A stretch of DNA of 64,000 bases from Psychrilyobacter sp. (GCF_049671765.1 NZ_JBATVM010000173.1:326-64325); one strand, 5' to 3'; positions 1 through 10,172 are shown, numbered from the stretch's first letter. Numbers and translations are program-made. The notes: generated from the sequence alone by a model not told the origin.

Positions 1-1987
1 ATAATACTTCTCTTTTGAACTCTTTAGAAACTCTTTTTATTTCTCCACTTCGAATATCAATATTTCTACTAACTAATTCTCCGTTCTTGATATTTTCATT
101 TATAAAATCAAATGAAGTAGGCTTGTATATATTATTGTCGATCATTGTTTGATAATAGTTTTTCCATAGAGGAACCGCCATACGACCACCAGAAGAATTC
201 TTTGGCATAGGAGTATTATCATCATAGCCCATATATACTACAGTGACATAATCAGGAGTAAATCCAGCATACCAAGCAGATCTAAAATCATTAGATGTTC
301 CTGTTTTTCCACCTTGATCTACATCAAATCCCAGACGGGAGTGCAGTTTTGCACCTCTTCCAGACCCATATTCTACTACTTTTTCAAGCATATAAGTCAT
401 AAGAGAGGTATCTATGGAATTATAAATTTTTATGCCTTCTAACTCCTCGTTTTCATAGATAATATTTCCATCTGTATCCTCAATTCTAGTAATAAAAGAA
501 TTTTTATGTGCAATTCCACCATTAGCAAATGGAAGGTAAGAAGTAGCTAATTCCAGTGGGCTAGCACTGGTAGAACCTAGAGCTATTGTAAGATCTTTTG
601 TGAATTCTAATTCTACTCCTGTTTGATTAAAATTATCTATAACATCATTTATTCCTACATCATTTAGTAGTTTTACAGCCACTGTATTGACTGATTTTTC
701 CAAGGATTGAACCAAGGTTATATTTTTATATTTAGCATTACTATAGTTTCGAGGAGCCCAATTACCGTATTTGGTATTAGAAGCATCTATAATTTGGTTC
801 ATGGTATATCCTTTTTTTAGGGCTGTATAATATATAAATGGTTTAAAGGTAGATCCAATTTGTCTTTTAGCATCTATACCACGATTAAAGTTACCAGATC
901 TATAATCTTTTCCTCCTACAATACTTCTAACTTCTCCTGTTCTAGCATCTAAAGTTATCATAGCACCTTGGAGTTTTTTATTAGATTTAAATTTTGAATA
1001 ATTTTCAAAGGTATCCTTTGCAATTTTTTGCATTTCATTGTCTAAAGTAGTATATACTTTGAAACCACCTCGAGAAAATATGATTGGATCAACTAAGTTT
1101 ACAACTTTTTCTTCGACTATATCCATAAAATCAGGTGCTTTTGTAGATTCTCTTTTTTTTCTGCCGTCTTTTACAATAACCGTTATATTTTTATCGGGAA
1201 AAAAAGTTTTTTTGTAGTTTGATTCTAAGATGAATTTATGATTTATAGCTTCATCATACTTGTCTAGAGAGATATAATTTTGTTTTAACATAAGTTTTAA
1301 AATTAGACGGGTTCTTTTCATGGCAGCTTCTAGATTTTTTCTAGGATTATACATATTAGGTCTATTGGGAATTCCTGCTAGCATAGCACTTTCAGCTAGA
1401 TTTATTTTTGAAATATCTTTATTAAATATATCTTTTGCAGCTTCTCTAACACCATAAGAGCCAGAACCAAAATAGATCTCATTCATATATTTTTCTAAGA
1501 TCTCATCTTTAGAATAAACTCTTTCAATTTCCAGTGTGATAATAAGTTCTTTAAATTTACGAGTAAATGTACGCTCATTGGATAAAAATACGTTTTTAGC
1601 TAGCTGCTGAGAGATAGTACTTCCACCTTGCGCTATCCTTCCTTTAGAAAAATTTACTAGAACAGCTTTTCCAAGACGCCATATATCTACTCCATGATGA
1701 GAATAAAATCTTCTATCTTCTATAGTTATAAAAGCTTTTTGAAGGTAACTAGGGATCTCCTTGATATCTGCATTTTCACCTTTTTGTTTGGATAAATAAT
1801 CTATAATATTTTCATCCTTATCGTAGATTATAATTGGTTCTGAAACCGTGTAGGAGCTAATTTTTCCTTTGACACTAAAATATGTAATAGTAGTCAATGC
1901 TATAAGACATAATATTAATCCCAAGATGGCAATAAGCATATTTTTTCTCTGCTTTTTAAAAAAGATATTAATTTTATTATAGTTCAT
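1..1987 (-). CDS. Class A penicillin-binding protein (PBP1A-type transglycosylase/transpeptidase), C-terminal end beyond window start
   Basis: Reverse translation from the ATG (complement of 1985-1987) gives a membrane anchor followed by GT51 motifs EDRRFYSHHGVD, GGSTISQQLAKN and RKFKELIITLEIE. The frame stays open to position 1. It is absent from the ORF track because no stop lies in the window. Confidence 0.85.
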   Translation of the reverse strand, partial: MNYNKINIFFKKQRKNMLIAILGLILCLIALTTITYFSVKGKISSYTVSEPIIIYDKDENIIDYLSKQKGENADIKEIPSYLQKAFITIEDRRFYSHHGVDIWRLGKAVLVNFSKGRIAQGGSTISQQLAKNVFLSNERTFTRKFKELIITLEIERVYSKDEILEKYMNEIYFGSGSYGVREAAKDIFNKDISKINLAESAMLAGIPNRPNMYNPRKNLEAAMKRTRLILKLMLKQNYISLDKYDEAINHKFILESNYKKTFFPDKNITVIVKDGRKKRESTKAPDFMDIVEEKVVNLVDPIIFSRGGFKVYTTLDNEMQKIAKDTFENYSKFKSNKKLQGAMITLDARTGEVRSIVGGKDYRSGNFNRGIDAKRQIGSTFKPFIYYTALKKGYTMNQIIDASNTKYGNWAPRNYSNAKYKNITLVQSLEKSVNTVAVKLLNDVGINDVIDNFNQTGVELEFTKDLTIALGSTSASPLELATSYLPFANGGIAHKNSFITRIEDTDGNIIYENEELEGIKIYNSIDTSLMTYMLEKVVEYGSGRGAKLHSRLGFDVDQGGKTGTSNDFRSAWYAGFTPDYVTVVYMGYDDNTPMPKNSSGGRMAVPLWKNYYQTMIDNNIYKPTSFDFINENIKNGELVSRNIDIRSGEIKRVSKEFKREVL

Positions 1988-2145
1988 TGAATAATCATTC
2001 CTCTTTTTATTAGATTTTATTTGATATATTATATCATAAATATAAAAAGATATTTGTCAACATTTAGAGGACACAAGGAAAAGAAGTCAAAAAAAGATTT
2101 TACGTATAAAATATTATCATTATGTATGAAAAGAATTTTTTCCTC

Positions 2146-2201
2146 TTGACATATCTAAAAAAAAGATCTATTATTAAATATAAATGAGTGTTCACTCATT
2201 T
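2146..2201 (+). promoter_or_regulatory. Promoter (TTGACA 2146-2151, 17 nt spacer, TATTAT 2169-2174) plus palindromic TetR-type operator AAATGAGTG-tt-CACTCATTT (2182-2201)
   Basis: Hexamers and spacing read directly from the sequence. The 9-bp perfect inverted arms overlap the predicted transcription start upstream of the tetR-like gene. Confidence 0.5.
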
Positions 2202-2273
2202 TTTTAGGTTAAACATTTAATAAACTAGGAATAGTGCCTATACAGCTCTATTTTATTATACAAAGGGGGCTAT

Positions 2274-2855
2274 ATGCCGAGTAATAAAAAACAAGATAAA
2301 AAAGAATTAATAGTTTTAGCAGCAATTGAACTTCTACGAACTAAAAATTATCAAGGGATGAAAACATTAGAAATAGCTAAAAAAGCAAATATGGCTGAAG
2401 GGACATTATATAGATATTTTAAAAATAAAGATGCAATATTTGCATCAATAGTTAAGCACTTTCTAGATAGTTTTTTGGAGAAAGCATTTAAAAATATAGA
2501 ACCAGAAAATGAATTTCAAGATAACTTAAAATTGCTAATAGATAATATATGTGATGTTTTAGAAACAGGAAAAGATTTTTATAAATTATATTTAAAAGCT
2601 TTTTCAGAAATAGAGAAAGAAGAGGTCTGTGAAATAATAAAAGTGCATACGATAAAATTAACTAAAGCTTTAGGGAAAATACTAGAATGGACTAATTATA
2701 AATATACAGATGCAGAAAAATTAATATTTGTAGATTGTATATGGGGTGTAATTAAAGCATCTTCAGAAAGAGATATACTAAATATAGAAAAAATAAATAA
2801 AGAAAAAATCTTATTTTCAATAAGTTATATTGGTAAAATGATACAAAAATTATAG
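2274..2855 (+). CDS. TetR/AcrR family transcriptional regulator
   Basis: 193 aa with an N-terminal TetR-type HTH (MKTLEIAKKANMAEGTLYRYFKNKDAIF). It lies 9 nt upstream of the transporter gene. Confidence 0.85.
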   Translation: MPSNKKQDKKELIVLAAIELLRTKNYQGMKTLEIAKKANMAEGTLYRYFKNKDAIFASIVKHFLDSFLEKAFKNIEPENEFQDNLKLLIDNICDVLETGKDFYKLYLKAFSEIEKEEVCEIIKVHTIKLTKALGKILEWTNYKYTDAEKLIFVDCIWGVIKASSERDILNIEKINKEKILFSISYIGKMIQKL

Positions 2856-2864
2856 GAGGAATAT

Positions 2865-5558
2865 ATGAAAAAATTATACGACCATCCAAAATTAATTATT
2901 CTAATTATAGGAATAATTACACTACTATTTGCAGTACAAATGCCAAAGATAGTAATTGATAATGATGTTAAAATATTTTTGCCAAAATCTCATATATCTA
3001 GGTTAAATGATGATAAAGCCACAGAAACTTTTGGTAGTTCAGATGCAATACTATTAGCAGTTAAATTTAATTCAGAAAATATATTTACAACTAAAAATAT
3101 AGCTTTTATAGATAAATTGACAAAAAAAATTGAAGATCTTGCAAATGTAGATGAAGTTAAATCTCTTACAAATACAGATTTTATTGAAGGAACATCAGAA
3201 GGGATGGAAGTTGAGGCTATTGTCCGTGATCTTCCACAAACAAAAGAAGATTTAGATAAAATAAAGCATAAACTTTTATCATGGAAATCTATGTATTCAA
3301 GGTCTCTTTATACAGATGATTTTAAATCTACAACTATCCTTGTTCAATTAGAAGATAAAGCAACAGCTATAGAGCAAGAAAAATTATTTCAGGAGATTAG
3401 AAAAGAAGTAAGAACTTATTCTGATGATAAAAATATGAGTTTTTATCTAGCTGGACAACCAGTTTTAAACACTTTGATGGGTGAAAGTATGCAAGCGGAT
3501 ATGAAAAAATTGATTCCATTTGTAATTCTGATAGTAATAGCCTCTCTATATATATCATTTAAAACTATAGGTGGAGTTATTCTCCCACTTTTAACAGTAG
3601 TGATTAGTACTATTTGGTCTATAGGACTCATGGCAGGATTAGGAATACCACTTACTATGGTTTCGACTATAATTCCTGTACTTCTAATAGCTGTAGGAAG
3701 TGCATATGGAATTCATATAATATCTCATTATTATGACGATGTTAAATCAGCAGGAAAAGAATTGACAGATGAGGAGCATAAAGAAATCGTTCTTCATAAT
3801 GTACAAAAGGTAGGAACAGCAGTTTTCTTAGCAGGACTTACAACTATTGCAGGATTTGGGTCTTTAGCAACCAGTAAAATAATGCCTATAAAGAATTTTG
3901 GATTATTTACAGCTCTGGGAGTTTTTGGAGCTTTGATTGTAGCAGTGACACTTATTCCGTCTATTTTATTACTAAAGAAACCAAAAGTAAATACAGAAAA
4001 TAGCGAAGAAGAAACGTTTATGACCAAGTTACTTATGCATCTATATCATTTTTTTACTAGAAAAAAATCAAGTGTAATATTACTCACAACAATAATAATG
4101 GTACTATCTATATACGGAACATCCAAGGTTGTAATAGATAGTGTTCTTGTAGAATTTTTCAAACAAGGAACTCCAGTTAGACAAGCAGATGAATATTTAA
4201 ATGATAACTTTAATGGAAGTAACTTTATAAATGTAGTAATAGAAGGAAAAGAAAAAGGAGATCTTACAGATCCAGAGATATTAAAGGCAATGGATAACAT
4301 GAAAGAGCATTTTGTATCGAATCATAAATATGTAGGACAGGTAATAAGTTTTTCAGATTTTATAAAGAGAATGAATAAAGTAATGAATTATCCAGAGGAA
4401 ATTAATCCTATAGTAGAAGAAACAGACGTTGCACAAATAGAAGATGGCGTTATGTCTGATGGTTTTGATGACAATTTTGATGATAGCTTTGGTGATGATG
4501 ATTTTGAAGAAGAAAGTTTTGATGATGATGGGTTTGGAGAAGATCCATTTGATAATGTAGTACAGACAGAATCTGTTGATTTAGAAAATAAAAGTAAAGT
4601 AAAATCTACTCCTAGTAGGGAAAAAATAAGTGAATCAGATCTACTAACTATATTAAATGCAGCTCTATTAGATGCTAAAAAAGTAAATTTAACAGCAGAA
4701 GAATTAATAACAGTAATGAATAGAGCAACAAACTACCAGGGAGAAGCATATAATGAAGTTCCCTATGATCCAGCTAAATACCCAGCAGAGACAAGAGTAG
4801 AATTAAAGAACTTGGTATCCCAATATCTTTTATTGTATTCAGGTGAATTAGATTCATTTGCAGATGATAGATTAGAACCAAAGTCTACAAGGATGTTATT
4901 TCAATTAAAATCTGCTAGTAATATATTTATATCAGGTTTAAAGGATGAAATTCATCGTTATGCAGATGAAAATTTTCCAGAAGGTTATACAGTGACAGTA
5001 TCAGGAGCAGGAGATATGAGTTTAGCTGTAAATAATTTGATTGTTTCTAGTCAAATTATAAGTATAATAACATCTCTTATAATAGTATTTATTATAGTAG
5101 CGTATTCATTTAAATCTATTATAGCAGGGATATATGGAATTATTCCATTAATTATCTCTCTGTTTATAAACTTTGGATTGATGGGATTCACAGGAATAAA
5201 ATTAGATATAGGAACTGCCATGGTGGCGTCAATTGCCATTGGTATAGGAGTCGATTATACAATTCATTTCCTAACAACATACCATTATGAAAGAATCCTC
5301 ACATCGGATTTAGAGATTGTAACGAAGAAGACGTTAAATAGTTCAGGAAAAGCAATTATATTTAATGCAATTTCAGTAGCACTAGGGTTTGCAGTACTAA
5401 TCTTCTCAAATTTTAATCCTATAAAGAACTTAGGACTATTAGTTTGTATTACCATGATAACATCATCTATGGGATCTATGATTTTACTGCCTATATTATT
5501 AAATTTGTTTAAACCAAAATTTGTTTCAAAAAAGGGGAGGAATAATAATGAAAAATAG
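2865..5558 (+). CDS. MMPL/RND-superfamily exporter
   Basis: 897 aa with two blocks of about 5-6 TM helices, each preceded by a large soluble loop (the MMPL layout). It is co-oriented with the LolA-like and beta-barrel genes. Confidence 0.8.
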   Translation: MKKLYDHPKLIILIIGIITLLFAVQMPKIVIDNDVKIFLPKSHISRLNDDKATETFGSSDAILLAVKFNSENIFTTKNIAFIDKLTKKIEDLANVDEVKSLTNTDFIEGTSEGMEVEAIVRDLPQTKEDLDKIKHKLLSWKSMYSRSLYTDDFKSTTILVQLEDKATAIEQEKLFQEIRKEVRTYSDDKNMSFYLAGQPVLNTLMGESMQADMKKLIPFVILIVIASLYISFKTIGGVILPLLTVVISTIWSIGLMAGLGIPLTMVSTIIPVLLIAVGSAYGIHIISHYYDDVKSAGKELTDEEHKEIVLHNVQKVGTAVFLAGLTTIAGFGSLATSKIMPIKNFGLFTALGVFGALIVAVTLIPSILLLKKPKVNTENSEEETFMTKLLMHLYHFFTRKKSSVILLTTIIMVLSIYGTSKVVIDSVLVEFFKQGTPVRQADEYLNDNFNGSNFINVVIEGKEKGDLTDPEILKAMDNMKEHFVSNHKYVGQVISFSDFIKRMNKVMNYPEEINPIVEETDVAQIEDGVMSDGFDDNFDDSFGDDDFEEESFDDDGFGEDPFDNVVQTESVDLENKSKVKSTPSREKISESDLLTILNAALLDAKKVNLTAEELITVMNRATNYQGEAYNEVPYDPAKYPAETRVELKNLVSQYLLLYSGELDSFADDRLEPKSTRMLFQLKSASNIFISGLKDEIHRYADENFPEGYTVTVSGAGDMSLAVNNLIVSSQIISIITSLIIVFIIVAYSFKSIIAGIYGIIPLIISLFINFGLMGFTGIKLDIGTAMVASIAIGIGVDYTIHFLTTYHYERILTSDLEIVTKKTLNSSGKAIIFNAISVALGFAVLIFSNFNPIKNLGLLVCITMITSSMGSMILLPILLNLFKPKFVSKKGRNNNEK

Positions 5559-6372
5559 TAAATTGAATAAAAAAATTATGATGTTAGGTCTAGGGATACT
5601 AATGACTATCCCAAGTTTTGCCATTACCGGAACAGAAGTTTCACAATTAGCTAGGGATAGAGATACAGGGAAGACAGTTATGGCAGCTATGGAGATGAAA
5701 TTGGTTTCAAAAAGTGGAAAAGTGGAATCGGATAGAAGACTTATGACTTGGGGATATAAATATGATATAGAAAAAGATCTTTCTAAAGTAGTAATGGAGT
5801 TTAAATCTCCTGCTTCAATTGCTAAAACAAGATTTTTACAGGTGGAAAATGAGATAGGAAGAGATGACGATAAATGGATCTACCTACCAGCTCTTGGAAG
5901 AGTTAGAAGAATATCATCTTCAGATAAAACATCATCATTTGTAGGATCTGATTTTACATATGGAGATATGGAAACAAGAGAAGTTTTTGAGGATACACAT
6001 AAGTTATTAAAAGAGGAAAAGTATGGGGAATATGATTGTTATGTAGTAGAATCTGTTCCAGTAGAAAAAGATGATTCACAATATGCTAAGAGAATAACTT
6101 GGGTAGCGAAGGAAAGTTATATTCCGCTAAAAGCAGAATTATATTCTAAAAAAACTAATGAAATACAAAAAAGACTGACTGTTCAAGGGAAACTAGAGAA
6201 AGTTCAAGGAATTTGGTCAGTATTTAGTACAACTATGGAAAATTTAGAAACTGGTCATAAAACACTTTTAGATGTAGCTAAAAAAGATGGTAAATATTTA
6301 CTTAGATATAATGGGAAGATGAATCCTAAGAGATTTACACAATCATTTATTAAAACAGGAAGAGCAAAATAA
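5548..6372 (+). CDS. Outer-membrane lipoprotein-sorting (LolA-like) family protein, secreted
   Basis: GGGGAGG lies upstream of the ATG at 5548, and the product has a signal peptide. The motif DDKWIYLPALGRVRRISSSDKTSSFVGSDFTYGDM is typical of the LolA-like family found next to MMPL transporters. The track ORF start at 5521 is probably too far upstream. Confidence 0.7.
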   Translation: MKNSKLNKKIMMLGLGILMTIPSFAITGTEVSQLARDRDTGKTVMAAMEMKLVSKSGKVESDRRLMTWGYKYDIEKDLSKVVMEFKSPASIAKTRFLQVENEIGRDDDKWIYLPALGRVRRISSSDKTSSFVGSDFTYGDMETREVFEDTHKLLKEEKYGEYDCYVVESVPVEKDDSQYAKRITWVAKESYIPLKAELYSKKTNEIQKRLTVQGKLEKVQGIWSVFSTTMENLETGHKTLLDVAKKDGKYLLRYNGKMNPKRFTQSFIKTGRAK

Positions 6373-6377
6373 ATAAT

Positions 6378-6400
6378 TGTATAGAAGTTTTCTATACAAT
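6378..6400 (+). other. Intercistronic hairpin TTGTATAGAA-gtt-TTCTATACAA
   Basis: Perfect 10-bp inverted repeat between the LolA-like stop and the next start codon. Confidence 0.4.
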
Positions 6401-6418
6401 AAAAGAAAGGAGTTTTAT

Positions 6419-7777
6419 ATGAGAAAATATATAATGTTCTTTATGGGAATATTACTGAGTTTTATTGCAATGTCTGATGAGTTTAGTGAATTTGATGATT
6501 TTGATGACTTTTCAGAAACCTCAGAGGAAAAAACAGAGATAAATTTTGAAGTAAATGGAAAAGTAGGTTATGAAGGAAGGATAAATTTTAGCGATGGAAC
6601 CAATGATAGTCTACCATTTATAACATTACAAACAGAATTTGAAACATCATATTTTGATATTATAGGTGACTTTAATATGGATAAATATGAAAAATATCCC
6701 GTAGTGGAGGAGCTTTTTACTAGAATTTATTTGAATGAAAAATTCCAAGTTGAATTGGGAAAAGAAAAGTTGATTTGGGGGAAAGGAGATAAGGTACATC
6801 TAGTAAATAATATAAATGGAACTGATTATAGAGATTTTATAAATGGTGAGTATAGAGACGATCTTATAGGTGAAAATATGATAAGGCTTATCTATGCTCC
6901 TAGTATAAATAGTGAGGCAAAATTTGAATTTGTATATACTCCAGAATTTACACCAGATGAATTTGCGACATCTGGACCATGGATACCATATTCGGTAAAA
7001 CTTGTTAACAAAGGATTGTCTCCTTTAAATAAATCATTGGAAGACTTTGAGCCTAATATAGATAAATTTAAAAATGATCAAGCTGGATTTAGGTTTACAA
7101 ACTCAGCTTCAGGACTTGATTATGGGTTTTCATATTATAGAGGGTATGAGAAACAACCTACAATAGATAAATTACTTTTGTATAAAGCACAGTTAGGAGA
7201 CCCTACAGCAATTGGGGATATAATGAATGGGAAATTAGATGTTCACTATGATAGACTAGATGTATTTGGAATAGAAGCATCTAAAGTTACTATTGGAGGG
7301 ATCAACGGAAGGTTTGAAACAGCCTACTATATGACATCTGATAGATCTGGAAATGAAGCTAATGTAAAAAATGATAGGATAGGAACATTGATAGGTGGAG
7401 ATAGAGATTTAGGAGAGTTTGGGCTGCACAATATGAACTTTAATATGCAAGTAAAAACTATTTTTCTTTTGGATAAATCAAGTGTAGAAGATAATCCTTT
7501 GGACACTGATTATGACGAAAATGGGGATTATATTAAAAATACGATTATTGTTAAATTACAGGATAAATTTAGAAGTGATACTATAAAGCCTTCTGTTAAA
7601 TTTATATGGAATGTAGAAGGAAAAGATTATGCTATTATGCCAGAAATAGAGTATATTTATGAAGATAACCTTTATATTACTTTGGGATACAATATTTATG
7701 ATGGAAAAGAAACAACAGAGATAGGTCAGTATAGAGACAATGATTATATTTATTTAGGATTAGAATATAATTTTTAA
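6419..7777 (+). CDS. Putative outer-membrane beta-barrel protein of the MMPL cluster
   Basis: AAAGGAG RBS before the ATG at 6419, and a signal peptide. The sequence is rich in alternating aromatic/polar residues and ends in C-terminal ...YLGLEYNF (the terminal Phe is typical of OM barrels). Confidence 0.55.
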   Translation: MRKYIMFFMGILLSFIAMSDEFSEFDDFDDFSETSEEKTEINFEVNGKVGYEGRINFSDGTNDSLPFITLQTEFETSYFDIIGDFNMDKYEKYPVVEELFTRIYLNEKFQVELGKEKLIWGKGDKVHLVNNINGTDYRDFINGEYRDDLIGENMIRLIYAPSINSEAKFEFVYTPEFTPDEFATSGPWIPYSVKLVNKGLSPLNKSLEDFEPNIDKFKNDQAGFRFTNSASGLDYGFSYYRGYEKQPTIDKLLLYKAQLGDPTAIGDIMNGKLDVHYDRLDVFGIEASKVTIGGINGRFETAYYMTSDRSGNEANVKNDRIGTLIGGDRDLGEFGLHNMNFNMQVKTIFLLDKSSVEDNPLDTDYDENGDYIKNTIIVKLQDKFRSDTIKPSVKFIWNVEGKDYAIMPEIEYIYEDNLYITLGYNIYDGKETTEIGQYRDNDYIYLGLEYNF

Positions 7778-7810
7778 AATCAAAGGATATGACTTTATAA
7801 ATTTAATAAA

Positions 7811-7859
7811 AAACCCTGTAAATAAACTCTATAAAAGAGTGATTAAATTTACAGGGTTT
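7811..7859. terminator. Bidirectional intrinsic terminator
   Basis: AAACCCTGTAAAT ... ATTTACAGGGTTT stem with an A-run before it and a T-run after it, between convergent genes. Confidence 0.7.
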
Positions 7860-7899
7860 TTCTGTATTAAGGATAGAAAGAGATGCATTTATTTAGGGA

Positions 7900-8301
7900 T
7901 TATTCTACGTTAAATTCTTTTTGAAAAAGAACTTTGCCGCTTTCATCCACCGCTTCTACACTCCATTTTCCAGATAAAAATAAGTTTTTTCTAGACCAAG
8001 TTCTCCATCTAGGTCCTGATATTTTTAATGGGACACTAGCCATTAATGTTTTTTCTCCATTTTCTTCTAGAAGATACCAGTTGTGATAGAGAATTTTTTC
8101 TTCTCCGATATCTCTAAATTCTGTATAAAAGTACCCTTGGGAATACAGCTTAAAGGTATCCATAATTTTTACAGGTTCTTTTTCTGCAATTTCATTAGTT
8201 AAAATTGCTCTAGTTAGAGAAATAGATTTTTCCCCATTGATTTTTCCATAGGCTGTAAAAGACCCAAGGATAATTAGTATACTTATAAGTAATTTTTTCA
8301 T
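7900..8301 (-). CDS. Small secreted protein, DUF2914-like
   Basis: 133 aa with a signal peptide. The C-terminal YHNWY...GPRWRTWSRK...GKWSVEAVDESGKVL pattern is recalled from memory as DUF2914. Confidence 0.45.
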   Translation of the reverse strand: MKKLLISILIILGSFTAYGKINGEKSISLTRAILTNEIAEKEPVKIMDTFKLYSQGYFYTEFRDIGEEKILYHNWYLLEENGEKTLMASVPLKISGPRWRTWSRKNLFLSGKWSVEAVDESGKVLFQKEFNVE

Positions 8302-8488
8302 AATTTTTCCCCCTTTTAAAATAGTGATTATATAAATTTTAATTAAATATAATTTATAGATTATATCTTAATTAGTATTTTATCTTTTAATGTGAATTTT
8401 TACAAGTATTTATATAAAATTTATTTAGGAGACAGAGAAGTAATTTTCTAGTATAATACTAAAATAAACATAAATTTAGGAGGACAAT

Positions 8489-9049
8489 ATGAACTTTACA
8501 TCACTTTTTTTTATATCGATAGGGTTGGCCATGGATGCATTTGCTGTATCTCTTACTGAAGGGATATCACTCAGAAAATTATGTGTTAAGTCGATCCTTA
8601 AAGTAGCATTGGTTTTTGGAGTATTTCAAGGAGTTATGCCATTATTAGGTTGGGCAGTAGGAGGATTATTTTACGATAAAATTTCTAAATTTGATCATTG
8701 GATAGCTTTTGGACTCCTTGCTTTTATAGGTATCAAGATGATAATAGATGCTAGAGAATTTGGGAAATGTGATATCCACGGGAATTGTGAGAAAGATACC
8801 AATATTATAGTTTTGGGGATAGCTACCAGTATCGATGCACTGGCAGTAGGATTTTCATTTTCATTACTACCTGGATTAAATATATATTTTTCCATAGCTG
8901 TAATAGGAATAGTTACTTTTATTTTATCTTCTGTAGGAGTTTATCTTGGAAATAAAGTGGGACAATTATTAGGAGCTAAGGCGGAATATATGGGCGGAAT
9001 AATTCTTATAGGGATGGGTATTAATATATTAATACAGCATCTGACATAA
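8489..9049 (+). CDS. mntP: Manganese efflux pump MntP
   Basis: 186 aa with 6 TM helices. The N-terminal GLAMDAFAVS motif is repeated as SIDALAVG, which is characteristic of the MntP family. Confidence 0.85.
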   Translation: MNFTSLFFISIGLAMDAFAVSLTEGISLRKLCVKSILKVALVFGVFQGVMPLLGWAVGGLFYDKISKFDHWIAFGLLAFIGIKMIIDAREFGKCDIHGNCEKDTNIIVLGIATSIDALAVGFSFSLLPGLNIYFSIAVIGIVTFILSSVGVYLGNKVGQLLGAKAEYMGGIILIGMGINILIQHLT

Positions 9050-9074
9050 TTATTTTTTTAAATATCAATAGTAG

Positions 9075-9117
9075 AAAAAAGATGAGTTAAGTAAATGTTT
9101 AACTCATCTTTTTTTTG
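9075..9117. terminator. Bidirectional terminator hairpin
   Basis: AAAAAAGATGAGTTAA-gtaaatg-TTTAACTCATCTTTTTTTT, overlapping the stop of the convergent gene. Confidence 0.6.
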
Positions 9118-10072
9118 AATTTTTTTTAGATCTAGGAAGAAAAATTTCTGCCATCATACACCTGACACTTCCTCCTCCATATTTTTGAATGGTATCTATG
9201 TCTACACTTAATATTTTAGAAGTTTTTTCTATGGATAGTATTTGATCTTTTGATAAGATATCTTTAGCTGTTTTAGATAAAATAAGATATTTATCTCCTT
9301 TAGAATTTTTTACTTGAAGAGCGTTTCCAGCAAAATGTTCTACCTGTTCCTCTGTAATATCTATAATTATCTTCCCATCGGATTTCAATTCTGAGATAAC
9401 TTTATTTTTTTCTTCTATATTATCAATAGAGCTAGAACAAAGGATGGCAAAATCTTCTCCTATGGCCATTAAAACGTTGGTATGATAGATTGGTAATCTC
9501 TTTTTATTTGACCATTGATAAGCATTGAATGAAATAGGTGTATATTGAAAATCACTACAAAATTTATTTAGAAGAGTAAGATCTGCTCTAGGAGAAAGAG
9601 CACAATAAACTTTTTTTTCTACCCTGTCTAAGATCATACTACCTGTACCTTCAAGAAAGATATCTTTTTCCTCAAATTTTGAATAATCGATAATATCATT
9701 GATTTTAAAGTTTTTTTCCCTTAATTTATCTAGAATATCCATCCTCCTTTCAAGTCTCCTGTTTTTTGCAAACATCGGATATAGAGCGATCCTTCCGTCA
9801 TTATGAAAAGATATCCAGTTATTTGGAAAGATGGAGTCAGGTGTAGGAGGATCTATGGTGTCTTCTACAACTAAAACTTCGATATCAATATTTTTTAAAT
9901 CTTTTACGAAATTATTAAATTCTTTTAGTGCTTTTTTTTGGATAGAAGAGTTATTTATTCCCCAGGGAAGGGTTTGATAGTAATTGTTGATTGCAGTCTG
10001 AGAGTTATAGTGAAATTTTATAGGTCGAATCATGAGAATAGTACCTGTGATCTGAGAAAAATTGTTATTCAT
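9104..10072 (-). CDS. Amidinotransferase/arginine-deiminase-fold hydrolase (CtlX-like citrulline utilisation hydrolase)
   Basis: 322 aa with the C-terminal GGGSVRCMMAEIF catalytic-Cys motif of the guanidino-group-modifying enzyme superfamily. Confidence 0.65.
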   Translation of the reverse strand: MNNNFSQITGTILMIRPIKFHYNSQTAINNYYQTLPWGINNSSIQKKALKEFNNFVKDLKNIDIEVLVVEDTIDPPTPDSIFPNNWISFHNDGRIALYPMFAKNRRLERRMDILDKLREKNFKINDIIDYSKFEEKDIFLEGTGSMILDRVEKKVYCALSPRADLTLLNKFCSDFQYTPISFNAYQWSNKKRLPIYHTNVLMAIGEDFAILCSSSIDNIEEKNKVISELKSDGKIIIDITEEQVEHFAGNALQVKNSKGDKYLILSKTAKDILSKDQILSIEKTSKILSVDIDTIQKYGGGSVRCMMAEIFLPRSKKNSKKR

Positions 10073-10172
10073 TTTAATATCTCCTTTTATAAAATATTAT
10101 ATATCGCTACTATTTTAATACTTCATAAATCTAGTGATAGTCAAGTACTATAATTGTATTTAGGGAAAAAAT

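Noticed and set aside
3443-5239. Antisense ORFs inside the MMPL gene (3443-3631, 3794-4027, 4046-4300, 5051-5239). The same kind of shadow ORF occurs elsewhere, for example 8695-8895, 9938-10153, 11254-11439, 12686-13447, 15529-16464, 17031-17366, 17902-18168, 20408-20593, 21001-21339, 22633-22860, 24102-24311, 26539-26901, 28650-28853, 32095-32304, 36247-36789, 38120-38716, 43471-43728, 45046-45860, 46008-46193, 46535-46753, 49671-49898, 50124-50318, 50417-50629, 52601-52789, 54237-54455, 57106-57300, 58044-58244, 59701-60051, 60400-60954, 62320-62559 and 63463-63651.
   Set aside because: All lie opposite or overlapping well-supported longer genes, lack RBSs, and have low-complexity translations typical of AT-rich antisense frames.
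8340-8488. Possible yybP-ykoY manganese riboswitch upstream of mntP.
   Set aside because: I could not find the conserved GGAGAGUAG-type core or a four-way junction pattern. The region looks like a plain AT-rich promoter (TATAAT at about 8451).
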